Source of the DNA: Candidatus Zhuqueibacterota bacterium
Lineage (GTDB): Bacteria; Zhuqueibacterota; Zhuqueibacteria; Thermofontimicrobiales; Thermofontimicrobiaceae
DNA: 46,523 nucleotides
Direction: 5' to 3'
NCBI GenBank assembly: GCA_049322915.1
Contig: JBMOPW010000039.1
Coordinates: 1-46,523 of the forward strand
Below, piece after piece: positions 1 through 9,429 of this stretch. Under the pieces are notes generated by a model that saw only the letters and a list, made by a program, of their open reading frames with translations, had not been told where the DNA came from and did no database searches. A program made the position numbers and the translations under genes. The first letter of the stretch is position 1, and each line of letters opens with the position of its first letter.

Positions 1-136
1 GAATTTGAGTCAACATTCAGATTTTCAATTAGCTAAAAACTAAGCTATTTTGTAACTCAGTTTTTATACGTTTATTCTAAAAAGAGCACCATTCAGGTTA
101 GCCAGCCTCCTTTAAAAATACTATGAATAATGCAGG
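1..136. mobile_element. Possible terminus of an insertion sequence (IS1380-like inverted repeat at 123-136)
   Basis: ATGAATAATGCAGG at 123-136 (reverse complement CCTGCATTATTCAT) resembles IS1380-family IR ends as I recall them. Homology of the flanking repeat to its right-hand copy stops right at this point. No transposase ORF is visible. Confidence 0.3.
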
Positions 137-469
137 CTAAGACACAAAGAATTAGGTATATCGAAAATTATTGATTCTGAAAAGCTGAATTTGGTTTTGG
201 AAATGAAATTGAATTTCAAAAATATGAGAATGAGTCGGCGCTAAAAAGGGGCTAACGCCTAAAAATCAAAGGTGAAATTCTGTTCCCCTGCTTAAAAGTC
301 GGGGCTATTCAAGGTGTCTGACTTTTAATTTTTTCAATTGAATTGCCACGTCATTTATAACGTGGAATCAAAGCTTTTAAGGCATTTTAGAGTCGACCCT
401 GGAATGAAAATGAAATTGACATCTTCGTGACCTGGTGACTCTGAGGCAAGAGTACCTGCCTGAACAGCA
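137..469 (+). repeat. Left copy of a ~330-bp dispersed palindrome-rich element (inverted relative to 45908-46258)
   Basis: Manual alignment with the reverse complement of 45908-46258 shows shared blocks GGGCTATTCAAGGTGTCTGACTTTTAA, GCCACGTCATT, TTTTAGAGTCGACCC and GGAATGAAAATGAAATTGACATCTTC. Confidence 0.9.
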
Positions 470-494
470 TTGTTGCATCTTCAGTAAATCGTTT

Positions 495-1016
495 TTAGGG
501 TTGCCGTCGCAATAACAAATCGCTGTAAGAAAGGCTGATAAAATCCTTGTCCGTCAAGCTGAAGAGGTCAATGTACTTTTCGCATTGCTTCCGCAACGCT
601 TCCTGCCCAATTGTCCCATCGGAATCGATCGCCTCGATTTCTACAAATGAACCCAGCTCTTTCACCTCATCGATATGGAATTTTACATAGTCGATGAAGT
701 AAATCTCGCGCATTTTATCGACGACAATCAGGACGCCCAGCGCCTGCGCCAGCACCTGTTTCAGGTCGGAATCCGGGTTGGGTTGATACAGGGTGACCAG
801 CGATTTTTTCGGTCCCGGCGCGTCGTCCCGCTCGTAGTGGACGAGATGATGTTCGATTGTACCCTCGCGCAGTTTCAATCTGCCGTGGGAACAATAGAAA
901 TAGGTGTCGATTTGATGGTCGATGCCCTTGAATTCCGCGCGATGCTGCTGCAGCATCGTTCGGATGGTTGCCGGCCGACGGCAGCGCGCTTTGATTTCTA
1001 TATTCAGATGGCTCAT
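495..1016 (-). CDS. CYTH domain protein (class IV adenylate cyclase / triphosphate tunnel metalloenzyme family)
   Basis: N-terminal NIEIKAR (ExExK-like), QIDTYF, RLKLR, VDKMREIY, HIDEVKELGSFVEIE and SYSDLL motifs. Confidence 0.88.
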   Translation of the reverse strand: MSHLNIEIKARCRRPATIRTMLQQHRAEFKGIDHQIDTYFYCSHGRLKLREGTIEHHLVHYERDDAPGPKKSLVTLYQPNPDSDLKQVLAQALGVLIVVDKMREIYFIDYVKFHIDEVKELGSFVEIEAIDSDGTIGQEALRKQCEKYIDLFSLTDKDFISLSYSDLLLRRQP

Positions 1017-1155
1017 CAGAACTCCCTGTCATTTGTTAACACTGGAACAAAAAGCCTCCATGCCTGGCTTTGAATCGCCATTCCATGAAGGCGCGACGAA
1101 ATACCCCTGGACAGCGCGAACCAATCGCGGTTCCCGCTGCTGTATTTCGGGTGAA

Positions 1156-1890
1156 TTAGTTCAGCTTGCGAATGCGGACTTCGATATCCTTCTCGTTCGC
1201 CAGCAATTTAATGATCTGGCCGGTGTCGGTGTTGCCGAAATGATAGGGATAGAGAATGCGCGGTCGAAACGCTCTGGCCGCATCGGCTACCATGTCCGGA
1301 GTCATGGTGTATGGCAAATTCATGGGCAAAAACGCGATGTCGATGTCGGTCAGCTTTTTCATCTCCGGCGTATTTTCGGTGTCCCCGGCAATGTAAACGC
1401 GCTGGTCGGCAAACGCGATGATGTACCCGTTCCCCTGACCTTTGGGATGGAACGGTTGCCCGTTGGATCGCTTGTGAACCAGGTTGTACGCCGGGACGGA
1501 TTCGATCCGAAATCCCTTCGCGGTCCTGGTCTCGTTATTGGCCATGACCGTACCCCAGCCCAGTTGCTTCCGGCAAGTGCCGGTCAGAATGATTTCTGTA
1601 TCGTCCTTTTTCAAAATGCTGATGGCGTCCGGATCGAGATGATCGCCATGCTCGTGGGTGACGAGGATGAGATCGGCTTTGGGCAATTGGGCGTAGTCGG
1701 CGTATTCACCGACCGGATCGACGTGAATGACTTTGCCATTGAACTGAAACATCAGCGTGCCGTGGCCAATGAAGGTTATTTCCAAATCAGCGCCGGCTGT
1801 TTTGATGGTATCTTTTTCAAACTTATTTTCTGATTGGGCCTGAAGGGACAGGCCAAGAAACAGCATGAATATAAAAATGGATAGGCGCAT
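1156..1890 (-). CDS. Exported MBL-fold metallo-hydrolase
   Basis: Signal peptide, THEHGDHLD (HxHxDH), YIAGDT, and PYHFG. Confidence 0.88.
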   Translation of the reverse strand: MRLSIFIFMLFLGLSLQAQSENKFEKDTIKTAGADLEITFIGHGTLMFQFNGKVIHVDPVGEYADYAQLPKADLILVTHEHGDHLDPDAISILKKDDTEIILTGTCRKQLGWGTVMANNETRTAKGFRIESVPAYNLVHKRSNGQPFHPKGQGNGYIIAFADQRVYIAGDTENTPEMKKLTDIDIAFLPMNLPYTMTPDMVADAARAFRPRILYPYHFGNTDTGQIIKLLANEKDIEVRIRKLN

Positions 1891-1926
1891 TTTTTCCTCA
1901 CGTTTTTATTCGATGTTCAACTGACC

Positions 1927-4900
1927 TCATTTCAGAACGATGAGCTGCCTCTGAATGGTCACATCGTTTACCGTTAATCTGTAGAAATAGTTCCCGCTGC
2001 TCACCGCCTGTCCCTTCGCGTCGAGGCCATTCCACTGGATGGAGAAATAACCGGGGCCGCTGAATTCATCCACCAGATTTCGGATGGCATGGCCCTGCAC
2101 ATTGAAGATGGACAATGTCACGCGACCTGGCGCCGGGACTTCGTATTGAATGATGGTCGCGCCATTGAACGGATTGGGATAGTTCTGCCCCAACTGAACC
2201 CGCTCCGGGACGTTCGCGCGGACGCGAATGGGCGGATAAAGCGTGTAACTACCGTCGGTATCGAGCTGTTTGAGACGATAGAAATAGACGCCCGGCGCGA
2301 GCGCCGATGCGTCGGTGAAAGTGTAACTGTGCGGCGCAGCCGAAGTGCCATTGCCCCGGACAAATCCGATTTTCACCCAATCGGCCTGTTCGTCACAGCG
2401 GTGCACGTCAAATCCGAAATTATTGGATTCAGTGACCGTGGCCCAGGAGAGGATCATCTGATTGCCGTGTGCCCGGGCGGAGAAACTGGCCAACTCCACC
2501 GGTACGACGTCTTTGGGCTGAATGACCAGTTCCTGTTCGAAACTGCCCAATCGATCGCTCAAATCCTCGGTGGTCACCGTGACGATTTCGGCTTCCAAAT
2601 CGCTGATGTAGCAATGAGCCGCGCCCATGTTCATGGGCAGCGTCAGTTCCGAAGTCCAGGTGAGGGAGTCCGGCGAGAACAACAGGGTCGCAGAGTTGGA
2701 GGTCAACCGCACGCTGGTGAACGTCAGATAATCCCACGCGCTGCTGCCCGCCTCGCGCGCTTCCACGCGAATCGGATTGGCGATGTTTTTTTTCAATGTA
2801 TCCACCAGCGGGACCAGCACGAGCTGGTCAGCGACCGGATTGGCAAGGTCAACGTCCTCCCAGAAAAGCGAGGTGGTGACGCCGCGGGGATAGTGGTAGC
2901 CGGCCGAGGCTTCGCCGGTATCGCTGAAAAGCTGCTCGGACCAGCATGTCCGCCCGGTGATGCGGTTCAACTGCAAATCGGCGTGAATGGCATCGATGGC
3001 GCCATTGTAAAGATCGCTGGTCTGACCCATGATTTTTTCAGCGATGTATTGACAGAGATACACTTTGCTCTGCCAGGTTCGCGTGGTGTCGCTGGAAATT
3101 TTCCAGGCGCCGGTGCCCTCGTCCAGACACACCCCTGGTTTCATCACAGCCTCGAGATGATTTTTCAGCAGCGTGATGAGCGAACCGAACCGGCCGTTTT
3201 CGGATACCGCGTCGCTGTCGCCCAGCTTGTAAGGGAAAATCAATCCTTCGATGGCCGGAATGATGCGGGCGTCGATCATTTTGTTGAACAGCGAAGGCAG
3301 CCAGACGCCGGACTCATCCTGAATCTGATAGCTCTGAATGGTCGCTGCGGCAACCTCTCCGCGCGTCCGGGCGAGTTCAGCCTGCTCGGGCAGGTTCAGA
3401 TGCGTGAGCACGATATCCAGCGCCAGATAGGAAGCCCACGTCTTCACTGCCAGATAGAGATTTTCGTAAGGCTGCTTCAGAGAAGGATCGAGTGCGTCAT
3501 ACGTTGTAATTTCCTCGCTGGCGTCCTGGTACGTGGTGATCAGGCTCTGAACGCCATCGCGCTGACTCGCCTCAAAATCATCCCGGTTGATCAGGGATTC
3601 CAGGCAATCCTGAAAGATGTCGGATTTTGCCTGAAGCCAGGAATCGTCATTCGTGGCTTTCCAATAAAGCGCCGCGCAGAGAAGCCAGTTGGTCAATTCC
3701 TCATGGGCCATGGAAATGTAGGTCTCATAATCCGAAGTGCCGGCCGGCGTGAACGTGGTATACCGTCCCATATCGTGGTTGAAAGAAATGCCGCCCGGAT
3801 AACGCGTTCCATCGCCTTTCGGGGCTGTCACCTGGTCGTAATAGAAATAGCGCGACGTCCACAAATCGAGCACATTGCGCATGGTCCAGGGATGCATGCG
3901 CAGTTCGTAAAAGACCATATCCGCGGTCAAATCCAGCGTGTTGATGTATTGAAAATCGCCTTCGGAAATCACCCAGACCGGCCCATTCTCTGATTGGAGA
4001 TAGCAGGTATTGGCCAGGTATGTATGGGTCGAATGCGCGATGAGAAACTGGCGGGACGCATTGACGCCGGAGTTCGCCAGTTTTTGATCCTGTTCCAGGC
4101 AATACCGCTTGATCGTTTCAGCCTGTTCGTAAGCAAAGGCAGCGACATCGACGTAGCTGGAGAATAATTCGGTGTAATAAAATTTCGAGCTGATGCCATC
4201 GGTCACGACATCATTATTATAATGAAGCGTCAGCAGAAAAATGTGGTCTGTGGATCCCGGGGGAACAATGATCCGGATAGCGCCGCTGTTCCAGCCGCTG
4301 GAGGCGTCGCCATAGGCAAAATATTTGAGCACATTTTCATACTTGATCGCCTCGATCTGGCAGCCGGCTTGGCCGGTCAATGCCACAAGAAAACCGCGCT
4401 CCTGATCGGTGTGGCGAAACTCGAATCCGCGCAGGAATTCATCACCCAATGCATCGTAGACATTATCGTGAATGTTGGCGCGCAGTCCGAACAGTATTTC
4501 GGCTGATTCCGATGATTGCGAATTGTCCCAGGCGATCTCGATCCATTGGGCCGGACAGAAGACGAGCTTTTTCTGAGCCGCATCCATCGTCGCCGGATCG
4601 GGCATGGCCCAGATCGGGGAGTAGACCGAGATGCGCACGTCCGGCGTCTGCCATTGATCCGAGCAGTATCGAAACGTTCGGCTGATATCAGCATCGTCGT
4701 AAAAATCCGAAGCATTGTATTCCGACGGATTCAGCACAAACGGAAAAATACGGACTCCGGCGCTGTCGGATTTGTAAGCAATATAAATATCTTTACTCGG
4801 CGGAATGGCTTTGGTATTCATGAAACCGCCGCCTCGCTCTTTCATCCCAAAGACGAACGAACTGAACGCCCCGGTCGGCGCGTGATCGGCATTGAACCAT

Positions 4901-5040
4901 TTCAATTCTTCGCCAGCCCGAATATCGCTGGCCGGAGAGAACAGCGCGATGGCGAGCAGCGCGCACAGGGGTGCTATTCGAACGAAATGTCGAATGCCCA
5001 TCATTCCTCTTAAAACGAATCGATTGATTGCTGAGATCAT
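1927..5040 (-). CDS. Glycoside hydrolase family 52 (beta-xylosidase-like) with signal peptide and C-terminal FlgD-Ig/T9SS-like sorting domain
   Basis: GH52-like motifs FNADHAPTGAFSSF, WVISEGDFQYINTLDLTAD, GGISFNHDMG, MAHEELTNW, EITTYDALDPSL, NLYLAVKTWA and HYPRGVT. C-terminal VPVELASF...YRLKQLDTDG...QNYPNPFN. RBS AAGGA upstream. Confidence 0.82.
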   Translation of the reverse strand: MISAINRFVLRGMMGIRHFVRIAPLCALLAIALFSPASDIRAGEELKWFNADHAPTGAFSSFVFGMKERGGGFMNTKAIPPSKDIYIAYKSDSAGVRIFPFVLNPSEYNASDFYDDADISRTFRYCSDQWQTPDVRISVYSPIWAMPDPATMDAAQKKLVFCPAQWIEIAWDNSQSSESAEILFGLRANIHDNVYDALGDEFLRGFEFRHTDQERGFLVALTGQAGCQIEAIKYENVLKYFAYGDASSGWNSGAIRIIVPPGSTDHIFLLTLHYNNDVVTDGISSKFYYTELFSSYVDVAAFAYEQAETIKRYCLEQDQKLANSGVNASRQFLIAHSTHTYLANTCYLQSENGPVWVISEGDFQYINTLDLTADMVFYELRMHPWTMRNVLDLWTSRYFYYDQVTAPKGDGTRYPGGISFNHDMGRYTTFTPAGTSDYETYISMAHEELTNWLLCAALYWKATNDDSWLQAKSDIFQDCLESLINRDDFEASQRDGVQSLITTYQDASEEITTYDALDPSLKQPYENLYLAVKTWASYLALDIVLTHLNLPEQAELARTRGEVAAATIQSYQIQDESGVWLPSLFNKMIDARIIPAIEGLIFPYKLGDSDAVSENGRFGSLITLLKNHLEAVMKPGVCLDEGTGAWKISSDTTRTWQSKVYLCQYIAEKIMGQTSDLYNGAIDAIHADLQLNRITGRTCWSEQLFSDTGEASAGYHYPRGVTTSLFWEDVDLANPVADQLVLVPLVDTLKKNIANPIRVEAREAGSSAWDYLTFTSVRLTSNSATLLFSPDSLTWTSELTLPMNMGAAHCYISDLEAEIVTVTTEDLSDRLGSFEQELVIQPKDVVPVELASFSARAHGNQMILSWATVTESNNFGFDVHRCDEQADWVKIGFVRGNGTSAAPHSYTFTDASALAPGVYFYRLKQLDTDGSYTLYPPIRVRANVPERVQLGQNYPNPFNGATIIQYEVPAPGRVTLSIFNVQGHAIRNLVDEFSGPGYFSIQWNGLDAKGQAVSSGNYFYRLTVNDVTIQRQLIVLK

Positions 5041-5134
5041 GTGAGTTGTCCTTTAATCTGATTGAATCGTTCAAAATGGTTGGCTTACAAATAACTCGCT
5101 GCGGAAAAAACGGCTGTCCCCGGGATAGGCGTTT

Positions 5135-6706
5135 TCAATTGCTTTTCACCGGTATGAAACTCATCGCCCGCTCTGCCAGCGCAGTGATGGTCAGCGAGGG
5201 ATTGACGCCCAGATTGGCCGGAATGGCCGAAGCGTCCACCACGTACATATTGTCGTAGCCGAATACGCGATGGTATTTGTCGATCACTCCTTTTTCCGGA
5301 TTCTCCCCGATGCAGACGCCGCCCAGAATATGGGCTGTCATCGGAATATTGAATAATACTTCTGTCACTGCATTTTGCGGGATGGCATCCAGCCGTTTGG
5401 CCATGCCTTTGACAGCCTCGTTCGCTTCCGGAATATAGGTCGGTATTTTCTTACCGCGATTTTTCGAGACCATACCTTTGCTGAACAAAGTCCACCAGCG
5501 CCGCTTGCGCAGAATGGTGATGTGATTGTCCAGCGTCTGCATGACCAGCAGAATGACGCTGCGCTGTCCCCAGCCAAATGGCCAGCACGTCCTGAGAAAT
5601 AGTATCGGATGGCGAAGGATATTTCCTAAGAATTTTAACGGCCTCGGAATTTTCGAGCCGCCATCCGTGAGCAGGCTGGCCAGAAAGCTCATGATATCGG
5701 AACCCTTCGGGTACCGCACCAATTCGATGTGAGTGGCGTCGTTCACGAACAGGCTGGAAGTGATAGCCACGCCGGTGGAGAGGTACTCGTCGCTTTTTTT
5801 CGCGGTGACGCCGGCCAGCACTTCGCTGTTGGTCCGCACCACGTGTCCCAACCTGTCGGATATTTTCGGAAGAGCGCCGTCCTCCTTGCATTTCATCATC
5901 AGTTCCAGCGTCCCCAACACGCCGGCAGCGAAGACAATGCCTTTCGCGCGATGCGTTTTTTTTCTTTGAAAGAGAACATCCGTCACTTTTTGGGACGTGA
6001 CCAGGTACTCGCCATTCTCCGGACGGACGGATATAACTTTATGCTCCGGGATAATTTCAACGCCCAATTGTTCGGCCAAATAGAGGTAATTCCTATCCAG
6101 CGAATTCTTCCCGCCGTCGCGGCATCCCACCATGCAATGCCCGGTCTGGGTGCAGCCGGTCCGCGCCGGACCTCTGCCGCCGAAATAGGGATCCGGCACT
6201 GTTTTCCCTGGCTCGCCGAAGAACACGCCCACTTCGGCAGATTTGAAATGGTCTGACCGGCCAATCTCTTTCGAGTAATCCTGCAGCGAATAATCCGATG
6301 GCCAGAATTTGGGATTGGTCACAACGCCCAGCATTTTCTTCGCGGTCTCGTAATGAGGCATCAGTTCGGATTTCCAGTCGCGGGACATTCCATTCCACTG
6401 GGGATCGATGAAAAATGGGTCCGGCGGGACGAACAGGGTATTGGCGTACACGAGACTGCCGCCGCCAACGCCGCTGCCGCCAAGAATCAGCACATCGTTC
6501 AGCATCCGGATTCGTTGAATGCCATAACAAAAAATTTGAGGCGCCCAGACAAATTTCCAGAATTCCCAATTGGTCTTGGGAAAATCGAGCGCCAGCCATC
6601 GTTTCCCCGCCTCGATCACGCAGACACTGTAGCCTTTTTCAGCTAAACGCAACGCCGCCACCGAACCGCCAAACCCGGAACCGATAATGATGTAGTCGTA
6701 GGTCAT
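5135..6706 (-). CDS. GMC family oxidoreductase, cholesterol oxidase (ChoD)-like
   Basis: GSGFGGSVAALRLAEKGY FAD motif, GVGGGSLVYANT, TAHILGG, and VDASAIPANLGVNPSLTITALAERAM. Confidence 0.88.
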   Translation of the reverse strand: MTYDYIIIGSGFGGSVAALRLAEKGYSVCVIEAGKRWLALDFPKTNWEFWKFVWAPQIFCYGIQRIRMLNDVLILGGSGVGGGSLVYANTLFVPPDPFFIDPQWNGMSRDWKSELMPHYETAKKMLGVVTNPKFWPSDYSLQDYSKEIGRSDHFKSAEVGVFFGEPGKTVPDPYFGGRGPARTGCTQTGHCMVGCRDGGKNSLDRNYLYLAEQLGVEIIPEHKVISVRPENGEYLVTSQKVTDVLFQRKKTHRAKGIVFAAGVLGTLELMMKCKEDGALPKISDRLGHVVRTNSEVLAGVTAKKSDEYLSTGVAITSSLFVNDATHIELVRYPKGSDIMSFLASLLTDGGSKIPRPLKFLGNILRHPILFLRTCWPFGWGQRSVILLVMQTLDNHITILRKRRWWTLFSKGMVSKNRGKKIPTYIPEANEAVKGMAKRLDAIPQNAVTEVLFNIPMTAHILGGVCIGENPEKGVIDKYHRVFGYDNMYVVDASAIPANLGVNPSLTITALAERAMSFIPVKSN

Positions 6707-6767
6707 TTCAATCTCCGAAATTAATTGTGAGTCGAATCGTCTATACTTATAAGCGAGCCGTTTCCGT

Positions 6768-6804
6768 AAAAAAATACCCTATCAACAGGTGGCAGTCGAT
6801 AGGG
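6768..6804 (-). terminator. Intrinsic terminator ~60 nt upstream of the GMC gene start
   Basis: Minus strand reads CCCTATCGAC-TGCCACCT-GTTGATAGGG (10-bp stem, one G-U) followed by TATTTTTTT. Confidence 0.75.
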
Positions 6805-7067
6805 CAGAAGCAATGTGTGATATCAATAAAATTCTTTCGCCATGCTGATCCAATGATCTGTGATAGTTATCCTGAATTTATCGAATGTGAAGGCCTTTCA
6901 CTGATTCGCCGGCTGAGGGCGCCGGGCTGTCTGATCCTGGCGCGCCTGAAAAAATGCATTCCGGAACCAGTGCGCCGCGATGAAATGCGCCGCTTCCGTA
7001 CTGCGTGTCCGGAAGTCCCTGATGGGCAGACAGGCTAACCTGCGACGCCATGTGACTCATTTTTAAC
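6768..7067 (-). ncRNA. Candidate ~300-nt structured sRNA or attenuator/riboswitch leader (unassigned family)
   Basis: Bracketed by a consensus sigma70 promoter (7074-7102) and an intrinsic terminator. Nested helices span 6914-7059, and a second hairpin spans 6882-6908. Confidence 0.5.
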
Positions 7068-7073
7068 TTGTGA

Positions 7074-7102
7074 AATATAGCAAATGATTCTTCTTTTGTC
7101 AA
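7074..7102 (-). promoter_or_regulatory. sigma70-type promoter
   Basis: Minus strand TTGACA-17 nt-TATATT with TGn extended -10. Confidence 0.75.
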
Positions 7103-7377
7103 TACAAAATTATCTGGATTGCCAGTGAATTTCGCCATGCGCAAGTACTGCAACGACCGGGCACCCGGGATAATTCGAGGATAACCTCATTTCCGGCATG
7201 GCAATTAATTGCTTGACTTTTAGCATAATTTTAGTATTTTGGAATCAAAGAATTTTGAACTCGTTTTTCGTGGGGATCATTGATGTTCATCCAAATGGAT
7301 GGGCTGCTTTCGCCGGATCGCTTTGAAGCATTAAAAGTACGAATTGAAAACCGATTCCTCCCGGAAGCTGAGATATT

Positions 7378-7728
7378 TCATCGAGCCGTGAAGAAAAAAT
7401 CGTCGTCCTCGTCGCCGGAGGCGTCATCAATGAAACGATCAGGACCGTCGATTTTGCGTTTGATAAATAGCCCGGCGATGAACAGCAACGCCCCGGACGT
7501 CACTCCGATCCAGAGCACCATCGACCTGCTCTGCCGCTGCTCTGTTCTGACGTCCGAAATGATGTCTTCAGCGGCGACCAGCGAATCTGCTTCCGTGTCC
7601 TGCCCCAGAATATTGGACACGGCCGACTGATCCGGGGAGGAGTAAAATGTAGTTGACAGCGAATAGTATAAAAACGACAGGATGAGAAGTAGCACAGCTA
7701 AAATAAAGCAGTATTCATGAAGTTTCAT
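7378..7728 (-). CDS. Small hypothetical membrane protein (two hydrophobic segments, acidic tail)
   Basis: N-terminal hydrophobic helix, second TM segment VLWIGVTSGALLFIAGLFI followed by KRK. Divergent from the methyltransferase gene. Confidence 0.6.
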   Translation of the reverse strand: MKLHEYCFILAVLLLILSFLYYSLSTTFYSSPDQSAVSNILGQDTEADSLVAAEDIISDVRTEQRQSRSMVLWIGVTSGALLFIAGLFIKRKIDGPDRFIDDASGDEDDDFFFTAR

Positions 7729-7793
7729 GGTTCAAATGTTGGTTAGTCATGTAAAGAAATTCAACCAGTACATACCAGACGAGAATCACTGTT

Positions 7794-8321
7794 ATGAAAA
7801 AAATTTCCAATCTCGATCTCATTATATCTTCGCAATCGCTCGACCAGGTGCATCAGAAGCCGCGACGCCCTGTGCGCGTTGTTCTGGATAATATCCGCAG
7901 CCTGTACAATGTCGGTTCAATTTTTCGAACCTCGGACGCAGCCGGCGTGGAGAAGCTCTATGTGTGCGGTATTACCGGCCAGCCGCCCCGGGCGGAAATT
8001 CACAAGGCGGCATTAGGCGCGGAATCGAGCGTGCCGTGGGAATATTTCGAAACGCCGGCGCCAGTTTTAAATCGGTTGAAATCCGAAGGCTTCAGCATTG
8101 TTGTACTGGAGCATACAGATTTGCGCCAGCCGTATCATCAGGCGCAGTTCAGTTTCCCGCTGTGTCTTGTCATTGGCCATGAAATTACCGGCGTCTCGGA
8201 TGAGGCCGTGCAATTGGCGGATACCGCCATTGAAATCCCCATGTTCGGATTGAAGCAGTCGCTGAATGTTTCAGTGGCCTATGGCATTGCCATCTATGAA
8301 ATCATGAAACAATGCTCCTGA
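7794..8321 (+). CDS. SpoU/TrmH family RNA methyltransferase
   Basis: VLDNIRSLYNVGSIFRTSDA, LVIGHEITGV, and IPMFGLKQSLNVSVA SPOUT motifs. Confidence 0.92.
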   Translation: MKKISNLDLIISSQSLDQVHQKPRRPVRVVLDNIRSLYNVGSIFRTSDAAGVEKLYVCGITGQPPRAEIHKAALGAESSVPWEYFETPAPVLNRLKSEGFSIVVLEHTDLRQPYHQAQFSFPLCLVIGHEITGVSDEAVQLADTAIEIPMFGLKQSLNVSVAYGIAIYEIMKQCS

Positions 8322-8374
8322 ACCGGGATGTTCCGAAAATGCGCTCCGATGGCGAACAAACGCGACAGTACCGC

Positions 8375-9397
8375 TCACGCCGCAATGAGCGATGCGACCA
8401 ATCCCATGATGTTCAGATGCAGGTCCCACTTCAGGCCATCCACAGAAAGCGCCGGAATTCCCTTCACACCATCCACGACGGATTTGGTTCGGCAGAACTC
8501 TTCCAGCAGTTTCGTCTCCTGTGACGCATCATAAAATTTGGCGAATTCGCGCCCACCGGTCAGGCGGGCGAACACCCCGGCGGCGATGGCGTAGCCAGCC
8601 CAATTGGAGACGCCGGCGACAATGGTCGCGTCGGTTGGGATGCGGCAGGCGATTTTCCCGCCCAATCCGTTTTGGATGTTGTCGGAAATGATGTGCCAGG
8701 GAATAGCGCCCATGCCGATCTCGTTCCCTCCGTCGCCAATGCCAACCGTGAAAATTGGCTGCGGCGCTTCTTCGAACAGGACATGAATTGGCGCTGTGAA
8801 TGCGCTGACTGATTTTCCCCGCATGTTCAAACTCAATCCGGCCAATTCGCCGGGACCTTCTTTCTCAAATCGCGCCAGCAGCGCTTCATTGCGAACCGGG
8901 TATTGAGTTGAAAACGAATCCGGCGTGTGGCAGGGACCGACCCGCTCCAGCGAAATCAGGCATTGCACTCCATCGAGTGCGCGAGCATGCCGGGCGTTGT
9001 CGTTCGCCGGGATCACCGGGAACCGGATCACATCGATGGCCTGGATTCCGAAAAATTCCAGCCCCTGATGCAACGGCGGCGCGCACAGCGCGTCGGTGAT
9101 GAGCATGACCTGATACCCCAGTTGATGGAGGCTCCGCGCCAAAAACAGGGCGCCGAGCGGTCCATCGCTCTCCGGGGCTGGCGGCGTTCCGGCAGGAATG
9201 TAAAATCCTGTGGCAATGGCCACTGAGCAGCCCGGGCGCTGGGCTAAAAACTGGATAGCCTTCAGCAAATGTCCCCGGGTGAACGTGCATAAATTGTCCC
9301 CCGGATTCCGATGAATTCCCCGCAGACCGGCATCGGTTTGAATGAGCCATTCCAGTTGGTTGATTTTCAGCGAGGCGGCATCGTTTTCAGGCAGCAT
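8375..9397 (-). CDS. DUF4392 / D-glutamate cyclase family protein
   Basis: TGF...ESDGPLGA, ISLERVG, IGDGGNEIGMG, and VSNWAGY motifs. Confidence 0.85.
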   Translation of the reverse strand: MLPENDAASLKINQLEWLIQTDAGLRGIHRNPGDNLCTFTRGHLLKAIQFLAQRPGCSVAIATGFYIPAGTPPAPESDGPLGALFLARSLHQLGYQVMLITDALCAPPLHQGLEFFGIQAIDVIRFPVIPANDNARHARALDGVQCLISLERVGPCHTPDSFSTQYPVRNEALLARFEKEGPGELAGLSLNMRGKSVSAFTAPIHVLFEEAPQPIFTVGIGDGGNEIGMGAIPWHIISDNIQNGLGGKIACRIPTDATIVAGVSNWAGYAIAAGVFARLTGGREFAKFYDASQETKLLEEFCRTKSVVDGVKGIPALSVDGLKWDLHLNIMGLVASLIAA

Positions 9398-9429
9398 GGG
9401 CGATTGCTTTCCGGCGACAGGTTTATGAT

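Noticed and set aside
165..426. Repeat pair as diversity-generating retroelement TR/VR (many differences at adenines)
   Set aside because: The differences are mostly A/G and C/T transitions, include non-adenine positions and indels, and no reverse transcriptase is in the window. Replication strand bias explains them.
2089..3993. 634-aa plus-strand ORF
   Set aside because: It lies entirely antisense to the well-supported GH52 gene and has no recognisable motifs. It is a typical shadow ORF of GC-rich coding sequence, as are 922-1833 and most other short overlapping ORFs.
7213..7240. Plus-strand promoter-like TTGACT-16 nt-TATTTT and ORF 7280-7630
   Set aside because: The spacing and match are weaker, and the ORF is antisense to a more plausible membrane-protein gene and has no recognisable features.
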